Shown in pieces: positions 40,674 to 51,149 of a DNA stretch of 61,603 bases. Source of the stretch: a virus (lineage: Duplodnaviria > Caudoviricetes); the IMG/VR virus record IMGVR_UViG_3300030090_000470, positions 1 to 61,603 of that record, one strand, 5' to 3'. The translations under genes and the position numbers were made by a program. The first letter of the stretch is position 1, and each line of letters begins with the position of its first letter. The notes beneath the pieces were generated by a model. It saw only the letters and a list, made by a program, of their open reading frames with translations. It was not told where the DNA came from and ran no database searches.

Positions 40674-41000
40674 TTAGTTATAATATGCTACAAAAAAGTC
40701 ACAATTAGCCAATACAACATATGCACCAGTTCCAAACTTTACACCGTCATTAGGTATATAGTGGTCGAAACTTTCATTAGCTGCTGAACCAAATTTAAAA
40801 TGTATTAACAGTTTAGTGCCTGAAGCACCAGTGCCGTCATATATTTTAATTTCTCCATCAGCTGCACTAGATTGTGCTTGTATTGATTGGATTCTAATAG
40901 GTCCTAAATTAGTCGCAGTGCCTGCACCACTACCGATAAAACCTTGAAGTTGTCCAGTTGCAGTCAAAGCTTTAGACGCTTTTACATCTGATGAACTCAT
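40674..41000 (-). CDS. Putative structural protein
   Basis: Beta-rich, IP.DGV.F motif. Confidence 0.6.
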   Translation of the reverse strand: MSSSDVKASKALTATGQLQGFIGSGAGTATNLGPIRIQSIQAQSSAADGEIKIYDGTGASGTKLLIHFKFGSAANESFDHYIPNDGVKFGTGAYVVLANCDFFVAYYN

Positions 41001-41012
41001 CGTGACCTCCTA

Positions 41013-41519
41013 TTATGCGTCAGCGAATGGTGTAACTATAGTACCTGAGCCTAAAATTATACCCTCTACGGCATATTTTGCTGAAGCAATAGCAGTTACT
41101 TTAACAATGCTACCTGCTAGTCCGCCTTTTGTAGAACCATTCATAGTGATTACATCGTTAGATGCACCAGATATAAATGTTTTACCAGTAGCATCATCTT
41201 TACCTGTATAAAGACCACCTACGAACTTATCCGTTCCGTCAGTCAAAATATCCATATCGGTAGCTGCTGTTTCTACTACAAAAAAGAAAGAAGCTCCTAA
41301 ATTATTTAATTGATTTGGGTCGCTATTATCTCCAGGGTCAGTAGCAACGATACTTGGTAAAGTAAATTTACCATCAGCGTCATTACATGTTAATATTTTA
41401 CCTGCGTGTGATTCAACTGATAAAGTAGTATCCGCTGTCAAACTAACAACTACTGCATTACCTGCTGATATAAATCCCGCTAAAGATTTTACGGGACCTG
41501 AGAATGTACTCTTTGCCAT
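41013..41519 (-). CDS. Putative capsid-associated/decoration protein
   Basis: MAKSTFSGPV.S..GF N-terminus; immediately after the MCP. Confidence 0.6.
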   Translation of the reverse strand: MAKSTFSGPVKSLAGFISAGNAVVVSLTADTTLSVESHAGKILTCNDADGKFTLPSIVATDPGDNSDPNQLNNLGASFFFVVETAATDMDILTDGTDKFVGGLYTGKDDATGKTFISGASNDVITMNGSTKGGLAGSIVKVTAIASAKYAVEGIILGSGTIVTPFADA

Positions 41520-41537
41520 ATTAAGTCTCCTTAATAA

Positions 41538-41597
41538 ATCTATCGTCTTGGCTTGTCTGCTAGGGCAGTCGATAGATAGTTAATATATATCCCTAGT
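41538..41597 (-). ncRNA. Candidate H-type pseudoknot in a 5' leader
   Basis: CUAGGG/CCCUAG and AUCUAUCG/CGAUAGAU interleaved stems just upstream of SD AAGGAG. Confidence 0.5.
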
Positions 41598-41625
41598 TCT
41601 GTTTACATTTTATATTATTAAATAC

Positions 41626-41653
41626 AAAAAAGAAAGGGGACCGAAGTCCCCTT
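41626..41653 (-). terminator. Intrinsic terminator after the MCP
   Basis: AAGGGGAC-TTCG-GTCCCCTT plus U tract. Confidence 0.9.
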
Positions 41654-41669
41654 AAACAAATAAGCTTGT

Positions 41670-42578
41670 TTACGCTCCAGGAGAGCCAAAAATACCTCTC
41701 CAATCACTGAAACCAAAACTATATCTTTCTCTGGCTTTATATCTAACATTACCTGTTTCAAAATCACCTTCCATACTTGTACTTACGGGTGTTCTAACAA
41801 AATGTTTTAAACCATTAGGGACATCTGTTTTGATAAAGAATGCGTCTGTATCTGTCAGATAGTTGTTAACAACGTAACCTTGTGGGACCATACCCATGTT
41901 TCTGATTGCGTTGATATCGTTATCTGATGTTTGTACACGACCAGGAGACTCCATAAGTCTATCAGCAACAAATTGTAATGCTGGTGGAATTATGAGCTTA
42001 ACAGCTTGTGCATTGATTTTTAAACCTCTTTCATCTTTAAAGTCAGAAATATCAATTAATGACTGTTCTAATGAAGTTTCGTTTAAATCCGAAGCTGTTG
42101 ATAACTCGTTTCTTAAATCGATGTTACCTACAGTTGGGTGGTCAGTTGCACATAGCTCTTTACCGTCGCCTCCAACAAAGGATGAATTAAAAGCGTTGTT
42201 TAAAACATTAGCTGCTTTAACTTGCTTTGTAGTATTCATCGACCTTGCTAGTGCTCTTGTATATCTTGAAGAAAGAGTATCGTAGAGGTTATCTTCGATA
42301 GCTTCTTCTGTCAATGCAAAAGCTAAGGCTATAGTCTCATGTGTATATCTTGATGTAAACGATTCCTGTGCAGTATCATAGATAACAGCTGCTCCCTCAC
42401 CTTTAGTAGGTGCTTCGCCAAAACCTGAAAGCATAACTTCTTCTTCAAAAGCTCTTTCTGAACTTTCTGTGTCGAAGATTTCTTCATGTTGGTTTTCATA
42501 ACTGTCATACTCTAATCCAAAGAGAGCGTGCAAGCCAGGAACTAGCTCTTTAACTAGTTGTGCTCTGTTAATTGCCAT
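41670..42578 (-). CDS. Major capsid protein
   Basis: MAINRAQL.KEL.PGL.ALFGLEY, SERAFEEEV, TEEAIEDNLY, YKARERYSFG.SD.RG..GSPGA. Confidence 0.9.
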   Translation of the reverse strand: MAINRAQLVKELVPGLHALFGLEYDSYENQHEEIFDTESSERAFEEEVMLSGFGEAPTKGEGAAVIYDTAQESFTSRYTHETIALAFALTEEAIEDNLYDTLSSRYTRALARSMNTTKQVKAANVLNNAFNSSFVGGDGKELCATDHPTVGNIDLRNELSTASDLNETSLEQSLIDISDFKDERGLKINAQAVKLIIPPALQFVADRLMESPGRVQTSDNDINAIRNMGMVPQGYVVNNYLTDTDAFFIKTDVPNGLKHFVRTPVSTSMEGDFETGNVRYKARERYSFGFSDWRGIFGSPGA

Positions 42579-42593
42579 TTATATTCTCCTATA

Positions 42594-43133
42594 TTAGACT
42601 GCAAAAGTGTTAGTTGGGAACGAGAATAGAGCTCTTGCGTTAGCACCAATCGAATTGCTTGGATTTGACGCAAAGCCTACACATAATGCCACACCACTAG
42701 ATGTTGTTGCTGTAACACCCTCTTTAGACCTACCAGTAACTGTGCTACCAGCAGTTGTAGAAAGAGTGTATTTGTTACCGATAAAACTTACTGCTGGAGT
42801 TCCAGCTGTAAATTGTGCTTCGTATACAATTCCAGGGTCATTGTATACTAAAGCTTCGGCGTCAACACTACCTTGTGTTGCGGTACTTCCTGTCCACACT
42901 TTAGAAAACGTAGGTGTACCATCAGACGCTGTAAAAAATACCCCGTAAAACACACCGATAGGTGTATCAGTCGCACCTGCTTGTTGGACGTAACCACTTG
43001 AAAGAGTTACAACATCTCCACTAAATATTGAAGTGCCGTAGCCACTTTGGATTCTCATCTTTGCAGGACGAATAATACCACCATAAATGTGATACGCAGG
43101 GGTAAAACCATCAGGGGCGTTTGTATTTGCCAT
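42594..43133 (-). CDS. Capsid decoration/cement-like protein
   Basis: MAN.NAP.GF.P, IF.GD.V, GVF.G; directly upstream of the MCP. Confidence 0.6.
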   Translation of the reverse strand: MANTNAPDGFTPAYHIYGGIIRPAKMRIQSGYGTSIFSGDVVTLSSGYVQQAGATDTPIGVFYGVFFTASDGTPTFSKVWTGSTATQGSVDAEALVYNDPGIVYEAQFTAGTPAVSFIGNKYTLSTTAGSTVTGRSKEGVTATTSSGVALCVGFASNPSNSIGANARALFSFPTNTFAV

Positions 43134-43176
43134 GATTTTCTCCTATGTTTTTATAGTTAATATTCGTCGGAACATT

Positions 43177-43677
43177 CTAACTTTCGTTTGAATTATTCCT
43201 ACTACCAAATTCGACCTTAGAAGACCTTTTTATATCACTTTTATTCAAAGGCATTCTAGGGTCACTCTCTCGCATAAGATTCTGGTCTACACCGTCGATA
43301 GCAGTCTGTGCCTGCTGTGCAAAATAATCATTTCTTGATTTAGCGGTTTCTTCAGGAACTTTAGCGAGTATTAGTCCTCCAACACCAATAACCCCTTTAT
43401 TTCTTCCGTGGTCAATACTAGGTGCTTCGAAATCAGGATAATCTTCTGCTCTTACAGGTTCATATCCTTCTCTAATACGTTTAGACATATTAGATTTATC
43501 ATCGTTACCTCTAGTAGATTCACGAATCCATCTGAATTTATATCCAGGAGGAGGTGTGGGTGCGTCTAACATTGACGGGGGTGTCCAAGGTTTACTGCGT
43601 GTTTGAGTTTCACGTGTCTCTGCAGACCTAGAGTTTCTGTCTGTGCCGACTTCTGAATTTTTAATATCTTCTGTCAT
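43177..43677 (-). CDS. Conserved head-module protein
   Basis: W.PPS.LDAP.PP.GY..RWIR, REGYE.VR, GVGGL.LAK. Confidence 0.75.
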   Translation of the reverse strand: MTEDIKNSEVGTDRNSRSAETRETQTRSKPWTPPSMLDAPTPPPGYKFRWIRESTRGNDDKSNMSKRIREGYEPVRAEDYPDFEAPSIDHGRNKGVIGVGGLILAKVPEETAKSRNDYFAQQAQTAIDGVDQNLMRESDPRMPLNKSDIKRSSKVEFGSRNNSNES

Positions 43678-43678
43678 T

Positions 43679-44560
43679 TTATACTCCTTCGATATGCTTA
43701 GCATATTCGGTTAATGGAACGCCTAATCTTTTAGCTATTGCTACTTGACTTGGTGTTAGTTTTACTTTGCGTGCTCCTTTCTTACCTGCAACTCCAGGAG
43801 TTGAGGCAGCAACCTGTTGCACGGGGGCTTGTTGCTCTTGCGAAAACTTTGTTGGAAAATTTTGTCTCATCCTTTTATCTACTTCTTCATAGTATTCATC
43901 CGAAGTTGGGTCATAACCTTGTTCTTCGACTAATTCTCTATGTATTCCAAAAGCTGCAAAAGTCATCACTGTGTCTTGACCAAACCATGTATTTTTACTA
44001 GCCCATTCCTCTGCTTTAGGGTCAGGTGCTTGTGTTTCGTCAGTCTTTAGTTGGACTGGGTCTGGTTGCACGTCTTGCTGTGTTTCTGCTTTTTTATCTC
44101 TAATTGCTTGTTGTGCCTGCAGTCTTTTTAAATTTTCTGCTTCAGCACTAGCACGAGATAATTGTTCAGCCGCATTGGCAACTCCTTCTGCATCTCCTGA
44201 GTCTTGAGCTTCTTTCATATGAATTTTAGCTCTCTCAATATCTGATTGTACCCTACTATCGTACTCTTTGAAAAGTGATGAGTCAGAATTTTTTAATTTT
44301 TCTTGTAACTCTGTGTTAGTAGTATTAATAGATTTTGCGTAATTTAGTGCCTCATCTCTTTGGCGTTCTGCTTCACGCATTTTATAAGTAAGTTTGTCAA
44401 TACGTTTTTTAACGTTATCACTTATTTCATCTAGCTCGCTTTTTTGCTCACTTTGTTCTGCAACTGTTTCAACAGGCTGTTCTGTTTCTTCTTGTTGCGT
44501 TTCTTCATCTTCTGGTAATACCAGTTCAATATCTTCAGCTGTGTTTGTATTATCTTGCAT
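43679..44560 (-). CDS. Putative scaffolding protein
   Basis: Acidic coiled coil, PDPKA..WA.KN.WFG, LT.SQVAIAKRLGV.L.EYAK. Confidence 0.7.
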   Translation of the reverse strand: MQDNTNTAEDIELVLPEDEETQQEETEQPVETVAEQSEQKSELDEISDNVKKRIDKLTYKMREAERQRDEALNYAKSINTTNTELQEKLKNSDSSLFKEYDSRVQSDIERAKIHMKEAQDSGDAEGVANAAEQLSRASAEAENLKRLQAQQAIRDKKAETQQDVQPDPVQLKTDETQAPDPKAEEWASKNTWFGQDTVMTFAAFGIHRELVEEQGYDPTSDEYYEEVDKRMRQNFPTKFSQEQQAPVQQVAASTPGVAGKKGARKVKLTPSQVAIAKRLGVPLTEYAKHIEGV

Positions 44561-44575
44561 AATTTCTCCTGTTAA

Positions 44576-45016
44576 TTATGATATTATAGCTTCGGGGTCA
44601 TCAACAACTGCTAGTATTTCGTCATCGTTTAGAAGTCGCATATCGCCACCTTCTATTTGAAAACGAGCACCTGCATATCTGCCGAATATAACCCAATCAC
44701 CTTTTTTACACCAAGGACCTTCTGGAAACTTAATAGTATCCGCATAAGCGTCTGGACCTAAAGCAACTACGTGACCTACAACTGTTGACAATCTTTCTTT
44801 ATCGATAGTTTGTCTAGCAAGTTGTATCCCACCTTTAGTTGTAGTAGGTAGTGTAAAAGGTAAAATTAAGATACGATACCCCGTTGGACGTGGTAACTTA
44901 TCTGCATGAGATTCGTAGTTATCTGGAGTTATAAGGTTTTCTTGGGGTTCTAATTCCCTAACTTTACCTTTACTACCAAAATTTTCTACTGTGTTTGGAA
45001 TAACTTTGTTATTCAT
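44576..45016 (-). CDS. groES: GroES-like co-chaperonin
   Basis: P.GYRIL, TKGGI.L, G.V..LGP, GDWV.FGRYAG, LLNDDEILAV. Confidence 0.85.
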   Translation of the reverse strand: MNNKVIPNTVENFGSKGKVRELEPQENLITPDNYESHADKLPRPTGYRILILPFTLPTTTKGGIQLARQTIDKERLSTVVGHVVALGPDAYADTIKFPEGPWCKKGDWVIFGRYAGARFQIEGGDMRLLNDDEILAVVDDPEAIIS

Positions 45017-45207
45017 TTTGCATCCTCCATATTAGAATGAATTGTTTGAATTTCTTGTTCTGCAAAACTCAAACCGTTTATTTCGCCTACAATTCGTTGG
45101 TATTGTTCAAAATTTTCAATACTTCCAGATGCAAGCGTTTGCGTGAGAGAATTAATTCTTTCACGATATTTTTGGAGCAAATGCTCCATAAGTCTTATAT
45201 GGTCCAC
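45013..45207 (-). CDS. Small conserved protein
   Basis: Y...VGEI.GL motif; GTG start. Confidence 0.7.
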   Translation of the reverse strand: MDHIRLMEHLLQKYRERINSLTQTLASGSIENFEQYQRIVGEINGLSFAEQEIQTIHSNMEDAK

Positions 45208-45425
45208 TATTTAATATAGTTATACCAAAGTAAGCCTTTTGTCTGACCATAAGCAGCTTTTACTTTAGATTCTTTACCGATAACTTTACCGTCAGAATCT
45301 GTATTAAGTTCACCTGCTTTCACAACTTCAGACTTAGTTGTGTCCTCCATCGAAGGCACAGACATTTTTTGTTTAGCACCTTGCGATTTTGGAGAGGGAT
45401 AATCACCTTTATTGTAATTACTCAT
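45207..45425 (-). CDS. Hypothetical protein
   Basis: Coupled to the portal stop. Confidence 0.6.
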   Translation of the reverse strand: MSNYNKGDYPSPKSQGAKQKMSVPSMEDTTKSEVVKAGELNTDSDGKVIGKESKVKAAYGQTKGLLWYNYIK

Positions 45426-47829
45426 TTTCTTCTCCTGAATTAGTTCGTGTTTCACGAACAGTTTTTAAAACTTCATTTAAATTTTTAATTTCATCGTTCT
45501 GCATTTTAGCTTGTAATTCTTCTAAATCTATTGCAGCTTTTATTTGTGTTGCTTCTCTTTGTTGTTCAATACGTTGCATATCTATTTCTTTATCACGTAA
45601 ATCTTCCTGTTCTTTTTGTGCTAATTGTTCTTTTTCTAATTGTAGTTGTTGTTGGAACATTTGTACTTGTGGGTTTTGTTGTGCCATGGCTTGTGCTTGT
45701 GCCATTGCTTGTGCTTGACCTGTAACTTGTTGCGTTGCTTGTGCTGCCATCATAGCTATTTCGTTCATAAGTTCTGGAGGCATTTGACCGTCTTCCATAG
45801 GAGGTAACGGTTGACCCATTGCTTGTTCTATTTGTTGTCTATATAGAATAGCTTGTCGTTCTTGAATATTAGCACCAATACTTTGACTAGCTATTGGGTT
45901 TTGTTGAATCATAGGGTTTTGTAAAAATGCACTATGGGCTGCAATATAAGCTTCTTGATTTTGGAAATCGTATGCTTTTATAGGCTCGCCTTTCATAGAA
46001 GCTTGTTGTTCTGATATAGGGTCTCGGGGCGGTATCTCTTCATCAGGCGGTAAAATTGCGTCTATATCTTTTACATTTAAAGCTATATACATTTTACGAT
46101 AAGCTTCTTTTAAATCATGTAAATCTGGAGCAGATTGTGCCATTTGTAATTGTGTTTGTGCTAATGTAATACGTTGTGTCATACTAAAAATATTAGGGTC
46201 GCTAACAGGAATTACATCTACACTATTATCAAAATCTTCTTTAAATACGTTTTGGTTATTACCTTGTACTTGGTATGGGTACTCGGGTGGTAAAAATTCA
46301 CCGAAAACTCTTTTTAATATTTTAAATTCGTTACGTTGTGCATAATGTAAACGTTTATGTATCGCCGACATAATACGTTGACCTTTTTCTAATAACGCTA
46401 CTGTTGTACCTACAGGTGCTTCGCTATTACCGTCGCCTGTTGGATTTTCTACAGTAGCCGCAAATCTTTTACCTGCGTCAACTAAAGCACCTAATAAAGT
46501 TCCTAATGTACCGCTAGGCTCTTTATATGGCAATGGTAAAAATGCATCTTGTAATCTACCACCAGGAGCATCAACATCTCTCCACTCTCCAGGTTGTAAA
46601 GGGTCATCATGTCTTTGTATATTTAAACCTCTTGATTTAAAACCAGCAGGTAAATTACTTAAAGTACCCGCATCAATAAGTTGTCTAAGTATCGCAGTTA
46701 CTGATTTAGTTAATCCACCCATCATATGTATTAAACCAAAACCATAAAACCCTAATCCAGGAAGAAATTTGTAATGAGTAAAATACTCTATCTTTTTACG
46801 CATCGGGTCGTTTTCGTTATAGTTAGGTCTAATCGCTAAAATTTTATTATTATCTTTACAAATAGTCACAATATACGGTAATGCTAATCCTGTCTCTTCA
46901 CCATTAGCGTCTTTATCTTCAAAACCCTCTAAATCTAAATTAACGTGCATTTCTAACAACGTATACTCTTCATCGTTAGCTGTTCTACTTAAACCTTGTA
47001 ATTCATCCATTTTAGAATCAACATCTGTATTATCGTAACCGCCATCGGGGTCCATCATATCCATGTCTTTATATAAACCTGATATTTGTAATTTTTTCAG
47101 GTCATTTGGCGACATATGTATAACGTGGGTAATTCTAGGGGACGTTAATAAATCTACAGCGTAATATGGCACGACTAAATCTTCAGATTTTACAAATCTT
47201 GCTACTGCACGCCCAACAGCAGGGTCATAATAAACTTTTTTAAATGCAGAACCTGCTAACGGGAGATAAAATAATAATTGGTCCATTTCTGGGTCGTATT
47301 CTTCCATTTTGTAAGTAATTTGGTAGTTCATAAAGTTTTTTACTCTATTCGCTTTTTCTAATTTAGCATTATCAGTTACACCTAATATTTCAGTATCAAC
47401 AGGTCCTCCTGCTGGCAACATTTCTTTATAAGCTTGTGCTTGGAACTGGGTAACCGCTTCTGCAAGTATCGGATGATGTACACCCGAAGCACCAATAAAT
47501 GGTTCTGTTCTATTATCGCTATTTATACCTAATAAATCTAAACCTTCGCTATATGTTCTAAACCAATCGTTACGAGAATCTAAATCTTCTTCAAAACTTT
47601 GTACTAATTCTTGTGCTATAGAATTTAATTCGTTATCGTCGATAACTTCAGCTAAATTTTCTCCAAATTTACCCGATATCGTATTTTCTTCTTCGGCTCC
47701 AATACTTACGCTGCCGTCTGGGTTGATAGTTACTTCAGTTTCTTCTGGAATTGCTTGTTCAACTAGTTCAAGTTCAATTTCTTCTTCAGGACGAAGTGGT
47801 TGTGGTATCGCTTGTTTTTCTATAGCCAT
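45418..47829 (-). CDS. Portal protein
   Basis: 803 aa; GASGV.HP.LAE, LPLAGS.FKKVY, GFYG.GL.H, LIDAGTL.NLP.GFK, APVGTT.ALLE. Confidence 0.9.
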   Translation of the reverse strand: MAIEKQAIPQPLRPEEEIELELVEQAIPEETEVTINPDGSVSIGAEEENTISGKFGENLAEVIDDNELNSIAQELVQSFEEDLDSRNDWFRTYSEGLDLLGINSDNRTEPFIGASGVHHPILAEAVTQFQAQAYKEMLPAGGPVDTEILGVTDNAKLEKANRVKNFMNYQITYKMEEYDPEMDQLLFYLPLAGSAFKKVYYDPAVGRAVARFVKSEDLVVPYYAVDLLTSPRITHVIHMSPNDLKKLQISGLYKDMDMMDPDGGYDNTDVDSKMDELQGLSRTANDEEYTLLEMHVNLDLEGFEDKDANGEETGLALPYIVTICKDNNKILAIRPNYNENDPMRKKIEYFTHYKFLPGLGFYGFGLIHMMGGLTKSVTAILRQLIDAGTLSNLPAGFKSRGLNIQRHDDPLQPGEWRDVDAPGGRLQDAFLPLPYKEPSGTLGTLLGALVDAGKRFAATVENPTGDGNSEAPVGTTVALLEKGQRIMSAIHKRLHYAQRNEFKILKRVFGEFLPPEYPYQVQGNNQNVFKEDFDNSVDVIPVSDPNIFSMTQRITLAQTQLQMAQSAPDLHDLKEAYRKMYIALNVKDIDAILPPDEEIPPRDPISEQQASMKGEPIKAYDFQNQEAYIAAHSAFLQNPMIQQNPIASQSIGANIQERQAILYRQQIEQAMGQPLPPMEDGQMPPELMNEIAMMAAQATQQVTGQAQAMAQAQAMAQQNPQVQMFQQQLQLEKEQLAQKEQEDLRDKEIDMQRIEQQREATQIKAAIDLEELQAKMQNDEIKNLNEVLKTVRETRTNSGEENE

Positions 47830-47856
47830 AATTTCAGCAGTATAACCTTTATTTTA

Positions 47857-49371
47857 CTAATAATAAACCCTTTGTGTTGGATAGTAACTTGGCTCATCCC
47901 CCATATCAGTAGAAAGTTGTAAAAATCCGCCCTGTCTGAAGCGTGCTAATGCTAAAGTCGTAGCATCAACAAGGTCATCGTGTTCGCCTGCAGGAAAATC
48001 ACTAACTTCTTCCATAAGTTCTTCGCCAAAACGATTATCAGGCACCCAAACTCGTCCATCTTGGAAAATTGGGGACACAGAATTTAATCTTGCAATTTTA
48101 TCTTGACCTTTTCCTGGACTAAAAGTGTTCACAGGTATACCCATACGCCTTAATTCTTGTATTAACGGTAATCCTGACCCTTTTGCTTCAATAATTACAC
48201 TATCAGGGTCCCAAAATTCGTATAAACGCATAGCTTCTTGTTTTAATTCAGGAAAATCGAATCTTTCTTTAATACAATCTATTAAAATTAAGTGTGCTTC
48301 GTCCCCTTTATAGTGTTCTTCGCCTATTTTACCTTCTGGATAGAAAACTCCCCACGTTGTTATAGCGGTAAAGTCGGCTCTTTCGCTTTTTAAAAACGCT
48401 GTATCGTAACTTTGTATCAAATAATCGCAAGTTGGTGGTTTTTCTTGGTCCCAAACCATAAACCAATCTTTAGGGATTATAGAAATACCTTCACCTGTGG
48501 GTCTTTGCATGTATTGTGCCGCCCATTTAGACGGACTAACTGAAGCTTTTATACTTTCAAGTTCTTCTAATTTCCAAAATTCTTTCCAAAGTGAATTACC
48601 ACTGGGTAAAATTGCAGGAAATTCTATAACTTCCCATTGGTCAGCACCTTTTTCTTGTGCCATTTTCTTAATTAATCTACCTGTTAAGTCTTTTTTAGAC
48701 CAACGAGTCATAACAATGACGATTGCACCTCCAGGCTGTAACCTTTGTCGAGGTCCTGTCATAAACCATTCGTAAGCTTCGTCTAATGCTTTATCAGACA
48801 TAGCGTCTTGTTCCGAATGTGGGTCGTCAATAATAAACAAATCAGCACCTCTACCCGCTAAAGCACCTCCCGTACCTGCAGCGTAGTATTCACCGCCTTT
48901 ATTTGTTAACCATTTACCTGCAGAACGGCTATCTGCTTTTAATTCAGTTTCAGGAAACAAAGTTTTATATTCTTCGCTATCAATTAAATCCCTAACTTTT
49001 CTACCAAAATTAATTGCAAGGTCAGCAGTGTGGGTAGCTTCTATAATTTTTAATTTTGGATTTTTACCTAAAAGGTAAGCAGGAAATAAATGCGATGCAA
49101 ATTCAGATTTCGTATGACGTGGCGGCATATTAATTATTAAACGTTTTAATTTACCACTAGCAATATCATCAAAAGCTTTTGCCATTTTTACATGGTGGTC
49201 GCCATTTATAAATTCTTTCCATATACTTTTTACAAAATTTAAAAAAGTTGATGTAGAAATTTCTTGATGGTCGCGTTTTTCTAATTCTTCTAAAAGAACA
49301 GTAAATTCTTTAGCTTCTTGTTTACTTAGATGTGATAAATCTAAGTTTTTTAAATTTTTTAAATCAGTCAC
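47857..49371 (-). CDS. terL: Terminase large subunit
   Basis: INMPPRHTKS, IIDDPH, VMTRW, SYDTA, IEAK.SG, HDDLVD. Confidence 0.95.
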   Translation of the reverse strand: MTDLKNLKNLDLSHLSKQEAKEFTVLLEELEKRDHQEISTSTFLNFVKSIWKEFINGDHHVKMAKAFDDIASGKLKRLIINMPPRHTKSEFASHLFPAYLLGKNPKLKIIEATHTADLAINFGRKVRDLIDSEEYKTLFPETELKADSRSAGKWLTNKGGEYYAAGTGGALAGRGADLFIIDDPHSEQDAMSDKALDEAYEWFMTGPRQRLQPGGAIVIVMTRWSKKDLTGRLIKKMAQEKGADQWEVIEFPAILPSGNSLWKEFWKLEELESIKASVSPSKWAAQYMQRPTGEGISIIPKDWFMVWDQEKPPTCDYLIQSYDTAFLKSERADFTAITTWGVFYPEGKIGEEHYKGDEAHLILIDCIKERFDFPELKQEAMRLYEFWDPDSVIIEAKGSGLPLIQELRRMGIPVNTFSPGKGQDKIARLNSVSPIFQDGRVWVPDNRFGEELMEEVSDFPAGEHDDLVDATTLALARFRQGGFLQLSTDMGDEPSYYPTQRVYY

Positions 49372-50473
49372 TTAATTTTAATAAATCTTCTAAAGATATT
49401 TCTTGTGCATATTTTACCGCATCATCATCTAAAGATAATATTGTATCACCTTCTTTACCCATACGTGTAAAAGTTCTAGGTGGGAATTGTATCGCATCAA
49501 ACCCTCTATCTCTAAAAATATCTCCAACAGGTTTACTAAACATAGATACTGCACCTCTATCTCCTGCATTAATTAATCGGTCTGTTAGGTAAAATGTATG
49601 TCTGGCTAAAGCTGTATCATAAGGATTACCTGATTTTTCCGCAGTTTGACTTAACCTTTCTACTAATTCATACATATCGTCAATAACGTTATCAGGTAAA
49701 TTTTTAGCATCAGCTACGTTTACAAATGAAGGTTGTATTGCGTATACAGATTTTTTAGGTAAAGTTTTTAATATTTCGGGAACACCAATTTCTAAACCTA
49801 AATCATCGGTAACACCGTATAGTGGTAATCTTGGGTCAGTCTTATCTAATACTGAATAAATACCGCCTGTAGATTCTTTAAGATTAGCTCTATCACCATA
49901 TCTAAATTTTGGTGTTCGTAACGTAGCTATACCTGCTTGTCCACCATGATAAATAGGTTGATTAAATTTAGGAGTTAATTTAACATCTTTTAAACCGCCA
50001 CCCTCTAAAACAGTTGATGTTATAATACCGCTTCTTTTTGTAGCTTGGTCCTCAGAAGCTAATTTTTTATTGACATCGTTTAATTGTTTTTGTAAACTAC
50101 TTTTAACTTGGGTATTGCCTTTTAAAATCGGGTCGGTTTCTATATCTTTTAATGTTTTTATTAAATTATTTCTTCTTCCAATTAAAAAAGCATTAGCTCC
50201 TAGTTTTACAGTAGTTGCTCCACCTGCAGTTATTGCATCTAAATAACCTAATGATTCGCCTAACTTATCTCCTCTAGCTTCAGCAACTGTACTACTTATA
50301 AAAGGTATATACGATGCAATATCCCCTAACCTTTTACGTTGTAGCTTTTTATCTCCAACAAGTCCAGGCTCGGTAATAAATCTTTGGAAAGGTCCAAGTT
50401 TTGACATATCGACCCCATACTCATTAAACATTCCTGCGTAAGATTGTTTATTATCTAAGGGTACTAGTGCCAT
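49364..50473 (-). CDS. Hypothetical protein with possible ADP-ribosyltransferase-like C-terminal domain
   Basis: YHGG...GGIYS...VYAI...GFDAI pattern. Confidence 0.45.
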   Translation of the reverse strand: MALVPLDNKQSYAGMFNEYGVDMSKLGPFQRFITEPGLVGDKKLQRKRLGDIASYIPFISSTVAEARGDKLGESLGYLDAITAGGATTVKLGANAFLIGRRNNLIKTLKDIETDPILKGNTQVKSSLQKQLNDVNKKLASEDQATKRSGIITSTVLEGGGLKDVKLTPKFNQPIYHGGQAGIATLRTPKFRYGDRANLKESTGGIYSVLDKTDPRLPLYGVTDDLGLEIGVPEILKTLPKKSVYAIQPSFVNVADAKNLPDNVIDDMYELVERLSQTAEKSGNPYDTALARHTFYLTDRLINAGDRGAVSMFSKPVGDIFRDRGFDAIQFPPRTFTRMGKEGDTILSLDDDAVKYAQEISLEDLLKLSD

Positions 50474-51102
50474 TATGCTTTACCTTTTGGTGGTTTCATA
50501 GCTAATAATTGATGATATGTTTCTGGTAAATACTTTGCACTTATTTTATATTTATCGTTATAGTCGAATATTTTACCTAAAAGATTCATACCTACAGGTG
50601 ATAATACTTTATTAAAAACTACATCATTAGAAAAATCTAATTCATCAGTTTGAGTTTTACTCAGTATATCTCTAAAACTACTATATTCGCGTTCTAATTC
50701 TTTTATAGTTAAATTTTTATCACTTTCTGCGTCGTAACTGTCGGTAAATAATCCTGAAGGTGTTTTATCGTATTTAGGTCTTCCGAATAAATTTGTTTCA
50801 TAAATATAATCAGGAGAAAGTTTTTTACGGTTTATATTTTTTAGTTCTGTTAAAAAATCACTAAAAGGGGCGTAATCTTCTTTTCGGTAATCAGCTCTTG
50901 GACTTTTATTATAAATATATTCTGCTTTTTCATATGGAGGTAAGTTTGCTAGATACTTATCATACATATCAGGGGTATAAGTACCCGCTTCTTGTGCAGC
51001 AAGAATATCATGAATAGTCATAGGTTTTTCTGGCTGATACGCATTAAGGGGTGGAATAAGGTTTTCGTTGAAGTTTTTTAATAAATCTACTATGCCAGCC
51101 AT
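50473..51102 (-). CDS. Hypothetical protein
   Basis: 209-aa ORF coupled to the next gene. Confidence 0.65.
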   Translation of the reverse strand: MAGIVDLLKNFNENLIPPLNAYQPEKPMTIHDILAAQEAGTYTPDMYDKYLANLPPYEKAEYIYNKSPRADYRKEDYAPFSDFLTELKNINRKKLSPDYIYETNLFGRPKYDKTPSGLFTDSYDAESDKNLTIKELEREYSSFRDILSKTQTDELDFSNDVVFNKVLSPVGMNLLGKIFDYNDKYKISAKYLPETYHQLLAMKPPKGKA

Positions 51103-51149
51103 GTTAAGTAAAGCAGTTTAAACTATGAGTGAGTTTCTTTGTCGACGAT

